DNA of 64,000 nt from Candidatus Hydrogenedentota bacterium (GTDB taxonomy: Bacteria > Hydrogenedentota > Hydrogenedentia > Hydrogenedentales > SLHB01): assembly GCA_963668025.2 (NCBI GenBank), contig CAXXTH010000017.1:704001-768000 (forward strand), read 5' to 3'. Made by a program: the position numbers and the translations under genes. Below are positions 58,849-64,000 of the stretch, piece by piece. Positions within the stretch are counted from its first letter, which is position 1; each line of letters opens with the position of its first letter. The notes below the pieces were generated by a model that was given only the letters and a program-made list of their open reading frames with translations, was not told where the DNA came from and searched no databases.

Positions 58849-61128
58849 TCAGGATTTTGGCCCGACAATGGGTGTTTGTTCGAGATACGCCTGCAGTTCC
58901 TTGATCTTGTCCCTTGTGAACGCGAGGTGGCTGGCGATTTCTTCTTCCGTGAGGCTTGTGCGCAAATAACACGGCTTCATATTCGAGAAGCCCGTGAGCA
59001 GATCGCAGAAGCTCTTCTGCGTTTTAATATCTTTTTCGACAAGCTCGCGGTACCGCGTTTCTTGCTCGCTGGCCGATTTTGTATCGCCGGCCGCGCGCGC
59101 CTTTTCGATCCCCTTCAGCAGGGGATAGGCTCGGATTAAATTACAGCGCTGCATGCATATCACATTGGCGAAGGCAATGGAGGAATGGTTCGACTCCGCG
59201 TATTCCTTGCGGGTTGGGGGGCCATCCGGCCCCGTGTAGTAACAGATGCCGATCCGCTCCTCGCCGCTGGCCGTCTCCACGGCCTTCTGTGCGTAGCCGG
59301 CCGCGCGCGCCAGGTGGCTGTTCATCAACTCCATCTTGTCCAGGAACTCGGGACTCAGCCCGTCCAGGTTGTAAGGTAGAATCTTTTCCGGAAGTATCGC
59401 GGGGGGCAAGCCTCCGATGGCGGTGCCTAGTTTCGCGAAAAATTGGCTTCCGGACAGCGGAAACGCGGAGGACTCCACGTCATTCCAGACATCAAAGGCT
59501 TTTTTCATCTCCTTCCAAGCGCCGTACATTTGCTTTCCGGCCGGTTCGCCGAACTGCCGCCGCGACAGGTTCGCGAGCACGTTCTTGATGGGCTGGTCCG
59601 GCTCCCATTCAAACTCCTTGGTGATCAAGGCATTGATTGGATTCAACTCCGCCGCTATGCCGAAGATCTCGACCACGTTCTTCACATCCCATGCCTTATA
59701 CTTCTTCAAGGCATCGGCGGCGTGGTAGGGAAATGGCAGGTTTTTCGGGATGGCCTCGAGGCTATTGAATTCGGCCAGCATGCAAAATGGGACTCCTCTT
59801 TCCTTGCACACCTCCTGTGAAAGGGTGAACCCGATGCTGCGTTTCGCGGCGTCTGGAACCATCAGCGTGCGGTCCCAGCCAGTCCAGGAACTCATCAGGC
59901 CATTGTAGTCCTCCGCCGCGTGAAGCAATTTGTCTAGAGGCGCGCCGTCGTAATGCACCGCTCCCCAAAACCGGAAGTCGAAATCCGGCCTCTCTTCATG
60001 TGCGGCCTTGGCCAGCAAGGTGACCAGCTTGGCTTGCGTTTCCCACGGGTTGTATGCATCCGGCGGCGAGTCCGTGCATACTTGTTTGCAGCGTTCACAT
60101 AGCTGCGGCGTGCATAGCCATGCATTGTTATCCAGGTTATAAAAGTTTATCCCGTCAAGATCAGGATACTCCCGGACCAGTTTTTTCATCATCTCCCGCA
60201 GATATTGCTGGGCCAGTGGACTGCTGACGCACAGCGTCCGGGCACGGCCGTCTTTATCGCCTCCCCATGGCATCCGCACCGTTCCAATCGCCTCCTTCGG
60301 ATAGCTATCAATACGATCCATTTCCACCAATCCAGGTTCAATCAAACATAGGTATGCATCGATCCCGTATTTCTTGCAGGTGGCAAACATCGTTTTCACG
60401 TTGCGTTGAAACTCAGGATCAGGTGGCGTTTGAAATCCGAAAATATCGCTTGTGACAAATCGGCGCAGATGCCCCGAGATTCCAGAGTCCGTCATTTGGT
60501 TGATTCCCAATCGGGAAAGATACTCCGCCTTTTCCTCGGGAAATGCTTCGAGTTTCGCGGTAAACTGCACGGCCCAGTACGAGAGGCCGCTTCCGCGCTT
60601 CTGGAAATAGGGAACCTTTTTAACATCAAGGTTCCCTTTTACTCCCGCGCGGATATAGTCCTCGAAGGCATAAACTCCATACAGGACTCCGCGAGGGTTT
60701 GCTCCGGTGATGACGATCTGCTTGCCGGCTTGCTTCAGGTGGAATCCGTCATCCTCCGGCGATACGTCCCGGATACGGATATCCCCCTTGTCGCCCAAGA
60801 CCCGAATGGCTGTAAGGTTCGCGTCACGTCCTAGCAGGAATTGTTTCTCCCCCGTGGCCTCGGATTCCTTGACGATACTGGCTTTGATGGAAGCCTTTGC
60901 CAAGAATCGCTGCATCATCTGGGCGGCGGTGTCCTCGACGATATCCCGCTCATCCGCCACCACGATCTGGCAGGCCTCTATGATCCCCAGCTTTTCCAGC
61001 CCAGCCTTGAGCCTTGATGCTTCGGCGGAAGCCGCACTCGATGTGTCATCGGCCCCGGCGCTATAGAAACAGGCGCCAAGTGCTACTACGCAAAATACCC
61101 ACAGAATACATTTACATCTGCTTTTCAT
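58849..61128 (-). CDS. Secreted carbohydrate-active-like protein, paralogue A
   Basis: Full-length similarity to B and to the first module of C; GGAGG RBS. Confidence 0.78.
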   Translation of the reverse strand: MKSRCKCILWVFCVVALGACFYSAGADDTSSAASAEASRLKAGLEKLGIIEACQIVVADERDIVEDTAAQMMQRFLAKASIKASIVKESEATGEKQFLLGRDANLTAIRVLGDKGDIRIRDVSPEDDGFHLKQAGKQIVITGANPRGVLYGVYAFEDYIRAGVKGNLDVKKVPYFQKRGSGLSYWAVQFTAKLEAFPEEKAEYLSRLGINQMTDSGISGHLRRFVTSDIFGFQTPPDPEFQRNVKTMFATCKKYGIDAYLCLIEPGLVEMDRIDSYPKEAIGTVRMPWGGDKDGRARTLCVSSPLAQQYLREMMKKLVREYPDLDGINFYNLDNNAWLCTPQLCERCKQVCTDSPPDAYNPWETQAKLVTLLAKAAHEERPDFDFRFWGAVHYDGAPLDKLLHAAEDYNGLMSSWTGWDRTLMVPDAAKRSIGFTLSQEVCKERGVPFCMLAEFNSLEAIPKNLPFPYHAADALKKYKAWDVKNVVEIFGIAAELNPINALITKEFEWEPDQPIKNVLANLSRRQFGEPAGKQMYGAWKEMKKAFDVWNDVESSAFPLSGSQFFAKLGTAIGGLPPAILPEKILPYNLDGLSPEFLDKMELMNSHLARAAGYAQKAVETASGEERIGICYYTGPDGPPTRKEYAESNHSSIAFANVICMQRCNLIRAYPLLKGIEKARAAGDTKSASEQETRYRELVEKDIKTQKSFCDLLTGFSNMKPCYLRTSLTEEEIASHLAFTRDKIKELQAYLEQTPIVGPKS

Positions 61129-61644
61129 AGTATATAACCTCCATATTGTAATACGTTTTTCGATATATACTATTTGGTTCTGTATCTTTTGATATAGCTA
61201 TTTATAGGGCCGATTGTATGGTTCTTGTATTCCCTCGCAATGATCGAAGCAACGCCGCGCGCCTCACATTTATCTCTTGTGTACCGAGTGCCGCGATATT
61301 CCGACGGAAGCTCATTCGCGAGACCACTCGAAAAACGCGCGCAACCATATATAAGCATGCCATGCTGATCCCCCCAGTGCTTGTCATGTAACGGGAATTG
61401 CTTGTATGATTCACCGATTTTTGTATAATAAAGCATTGTTTTGGAGAATGATTCTTTTGCAACAAAGACGGTGGGGGAAGTGTTTTTGCTAGGAGGCGTT
61501 CCGAAAGCTTCTTTCTAAATATGTATTTTGGTTTAGTGCTACTATTGGTCAAATTCTGGGCATCTTGCGATGATTTTCTTTATATTCCAATGTGTAGCTA
61601 TGTGTTAGGATCGTATTTTTACAACGAAGCGGATAGCATAGCGC

Positions 61645-61811
61645 GGCCGCAGCCAAAGTGTTTCGTTTTTTACCGCGCATGGACGCGAATGAACGCGAAT
61701 ATATCTTCTACAATGCTTTTGTTGCTCTCGTGGCATGGGAGTCTCGCCCATGCGAGAAAGGAGAGGGCGCGTGCGACACGCCCCTACAACGGCACATAAA
61801 AAAGCATATCC
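61645..61811 (-). repeat. About 165-bp composite repeat, copy 2
   Basis: Inverted near-copy of 30700-30864. Confidence 0.88.
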
Positions 61812-61829
61812 TGGCTTCGAGCGAGGCGC

Positions 61830-62525
61830 TCATTCTAAAACAGGGCGCGCATGGGCGAGGCCTTCGTGGAGATGCACCCAGGCGTCGGCGCGTTCGGCCA
61901 GCTTTTCATCGTGCGACACCAGCACCAGGGTCACGCCTTCATCGCGGCTCAGTTCCCACAAGAGGCGCATGACGCCCGCACCGGTGCCTTCATCCAGATT
62001 GCCCGTAGGTTCATCTGCAAGGAGCACGGCTGGACGGTTATAGAGCGCGCGGGCGATGGCGACGCGTTGCTGTTCGCCGCCGCTCAGCATGCCGGGCTTG
62101 TGGGTCATGCGTTCGGCGAGATCCACTTTGCGCAACAGCTCCTCCGCCCGCCCCCGGCAGGCCGAGTGTTTTTTGCCTTGGCATAAGGCGGGCATCATGA
62201 CATTTTCCAGCGCCGTGAACTCCGGCAGCAGGTGGTAGAACTGGAACACGAAACCAAGCGCTTCGTTGCGGAACCGGTTGATCTCGGAGCGGCCCATGCG
62301 GCTCACGGGCTTGCCCCGGTAAAACACGCCGCCATCCGTCGGCCGGTCGAGTGCGCCCATGATGTGCAGAAGCGTGCTTTTTCCCGCGCCGGAAGGGCCG
62401 GTGATGGCCATGATCTGCCCTGCGCGCACGTCCAGATTAAGCCCGCGCAGGATGCGCAGCTCCCGGCTGCCGTCATGGTAGGTCTTTACGACGTTCTGGC
62501 ATTGGATGATGAGATCGTTATTCAT
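61830..62525 (-). CDS. lolD: Lipoprotein-releasing ABC ATPase
   Basis: GPSGAGKS, GFVFQFYHLLPEF, LSGGEQQR; coupled to the lolC/E-type gene. Confidence 0.9.
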   Translation of the reverse strand: MNNDLIIQCQNVVKTYHDGSRELRILRGLNLDVRAGQIMAITGPSGAGKSTLLHIMGALDRPTDGGVFYRGKPVSRMGRSEINRFRNEALGFVFQFYHLLPEFTALENVMMPALCQGKKHSACRGRAEELLRKVDLAERMTHKPGMLSGGEQQRVAIARALYNRPAVLLADEPTGNLDEGTGAGVMRLLWELSRDEGVTLVLVSHDEKLAERADAWVHLHEGLAHARPVLE

Positions 62526-63783
62526 TTCGCAGCGCATCCACTGGGTCCACCCGCGCGGCGCTCCACGCGGGATATACGGTTGAGAGAAACGTTAATGCCA
62601 CCGCGGAAATGGTGATCCACATGATATCCGTCCACATGACCGCTACGGGGATGCGGTCGAAATAATAGATCTCGGAGTTGAAGAGGTCCACGCCCAGGAA
62701 CCACGCGACGACCGCGGCGACGGGATTGAGATTATAGGCCAGCAGCGTGCCGAGAATGACGCCCGCCGCCGTGCCGCTCAGGCCGATATACAGCCCCTCG
62801 AGCATGAATAGGCGCAGGACAGCCCCGCTGCTCGTGCCGATGGTGCGCAGAATGCCGATGTCGCGGCGCTTCTCCATGACGATCATGATGAGCGTGCTGG
62901 TGATGTTGAACGCCGCCACGAGGACGATGAACACGAGGATGATGAACATCACCACTTTTTCCTGCTTGAGCGCGTCGAAGAAGGCTTGCTGGCTTTCCTG
63001 CCACGTTACCGTGGCGTAGCCGAGTTTCTTCTCGATGAGCGTGGCCACCTTGTCGGCGAGGAAGGGATCGGTTAGTTTGCAGTGAACTCCATCTACGCCT
63101 TCCTGCCCCTTGAGCATTTGGGCGGTTTCTACATCCACCCAGCCATACAGCGAATCGAAATCGGTCATCTGCGCCTGGGAAATGCCGCTCACGCGCAGCC
63201 AGACTTGCTGTCCCGGCCGAAGGCCGAAGGGCGTTCCCTTGCTGTTGGGCGTAATGACGGCGAGTTCATCGCCCACGGACACCCCGAGTTTGCTGGCCAG
63301 TTGATAGCCCAGCATGATCTCTTTATGGCCCGGCAGCTCGCCATAGCCATTGGTGCGGCCGTTGGCGCTGGTGAGATTTTCCGCGAGCTGGGTGACATGC
63401 GTCTCGCGCTCGATGTCCACGCCCAAGATATACGCGCCTTCATACCGTTGATCCCGCCCGCTGGGCGTCTTGAGGAGGCCCAGCACTTCGACGAAGGGAC
63501 TGGCGGCCACGATATCCGGTGAAGCGCTTTCGATTTCCTTGATGACCCGTCCCGGATCGAGCATGGGCACGCCGCGCGCATCCAGAATCGAGAGATAGGA
63601 GCGGTTGCCGATGATCGTCGAGCGTAAGGCTTCGTCGAAACCGGTCATGACGCTCATTACGACAATCAAGGCGATCACGCCCACGCTCACGCCCGCCACG
63701 GAAATAAACGTGATCAGGCTGACAAAGCGGTTCTTCCGCTTTCCCCGCAGATAGCGGCTCGCTACAAAGGCTTCAAATCGCAC
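62518..63783 (-). CDS. lolE: Lipoprotein-releasing ABC permease LolC/E type
   Basis: RYLR, GV.ALIVVMSVMTGF, VAAFNI.STL.M.VMEK, YPAW.AA.VDP..ALR.E. Confidence 0.9.
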   Translation of the reverse strand: MRFEAFVASRYLRGKRKNRFVSLITFISVAGVSVGVIALIVVMSVMTGFDEALRSTIIGNRSYLSILDARGVPMLDPGRVIKEIESASPDIVAASPFVEVLGLLKTPSGRDQRYEGAYILGVDIERETHVTQLAENLTSANGRTNGYGELPGHKEIMLGYQLASKLGVSVGDELAVITPNSKGTPFGLRPGQQVWLRVSGISQAQMTDFDSLYGWVDVETAQMLKGQEGVDGVHCKLTDPFLADKVATLIEKKLGYATVTWQESQQAFFDALKQEKVVMFIILVFIVLVAAFNITSTLIMIVMEKRRDIGILRTIGTSSGAVLRLFMLEGLYIGLSGTAAGVILGTLLAYNLNPVAAVVAWFLGVDLFNSEIYYFDRIPVAVMWTDIMWITISAVALTFLSTVYPAWSAARVDPVDALRNE

Positions 63784-63798
63784 GGTATTCCCCTAACA

Positions 63799-64000
<202 letters not shown>

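Noticed and set aside
51843-61128. Paralogues as DGR template/variable pairs
   Set aside because: Differences are not confined to adenines, span whole genes, and no RT is present.

Overview
A 64-kb chromosomal window from a diderm bacterium (Lol transporter, sigma54 promoters, many secreted glycoside-hydrolase-like proteins). The gene repertoire resembles Candidatus Hydrogenedentes, but that is an unverified inference. The window appears to contain the replication origin. dnaN is flanked on both sides by DnaA-box clusters, a Bacillus-like unwinding module (paired boxes, GC spacer, DnaA-trios, AT-rich tract) lies directly upstream of dnaN, and two perfect parS palindromes sit at the end of rsmG. 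However, dnaA, recF, gyrB, mnmG and parAB are not in the window. Housekeeping genes include bioY, glnB-glnA, fetAB, ppk1, an NCS2 permease, a MoxR/DUF58/SpoIIM/RDD operon, cimA, a PilB/GspE ATPase, lolDE and lysS. Accessory content includes a decayed Rhs toxin/immunity-like module, two IS elements with identifiable ends, three tandem mosaic paralogues of a large secreted carbohydrate-active protein, and many small palindromic repeats. The best novelty candidates are: (i) an FGE-sulfatase/CLec protein that looks like a two-part polyprotein (internal anchor plus second signal peptide) and ends in a DGR-type variable region with no local RT or template; (ii) the dnaA-less origin bracketing dnaN; (iii) a structured, sigma54-driven ORF-less transcript carrying an anti-SD tract; (iv) an IS with a leaderless, palindrome-overlapped promoter driving a small Cys-rich partner gene. 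All calls are by eye; no database searches were run.
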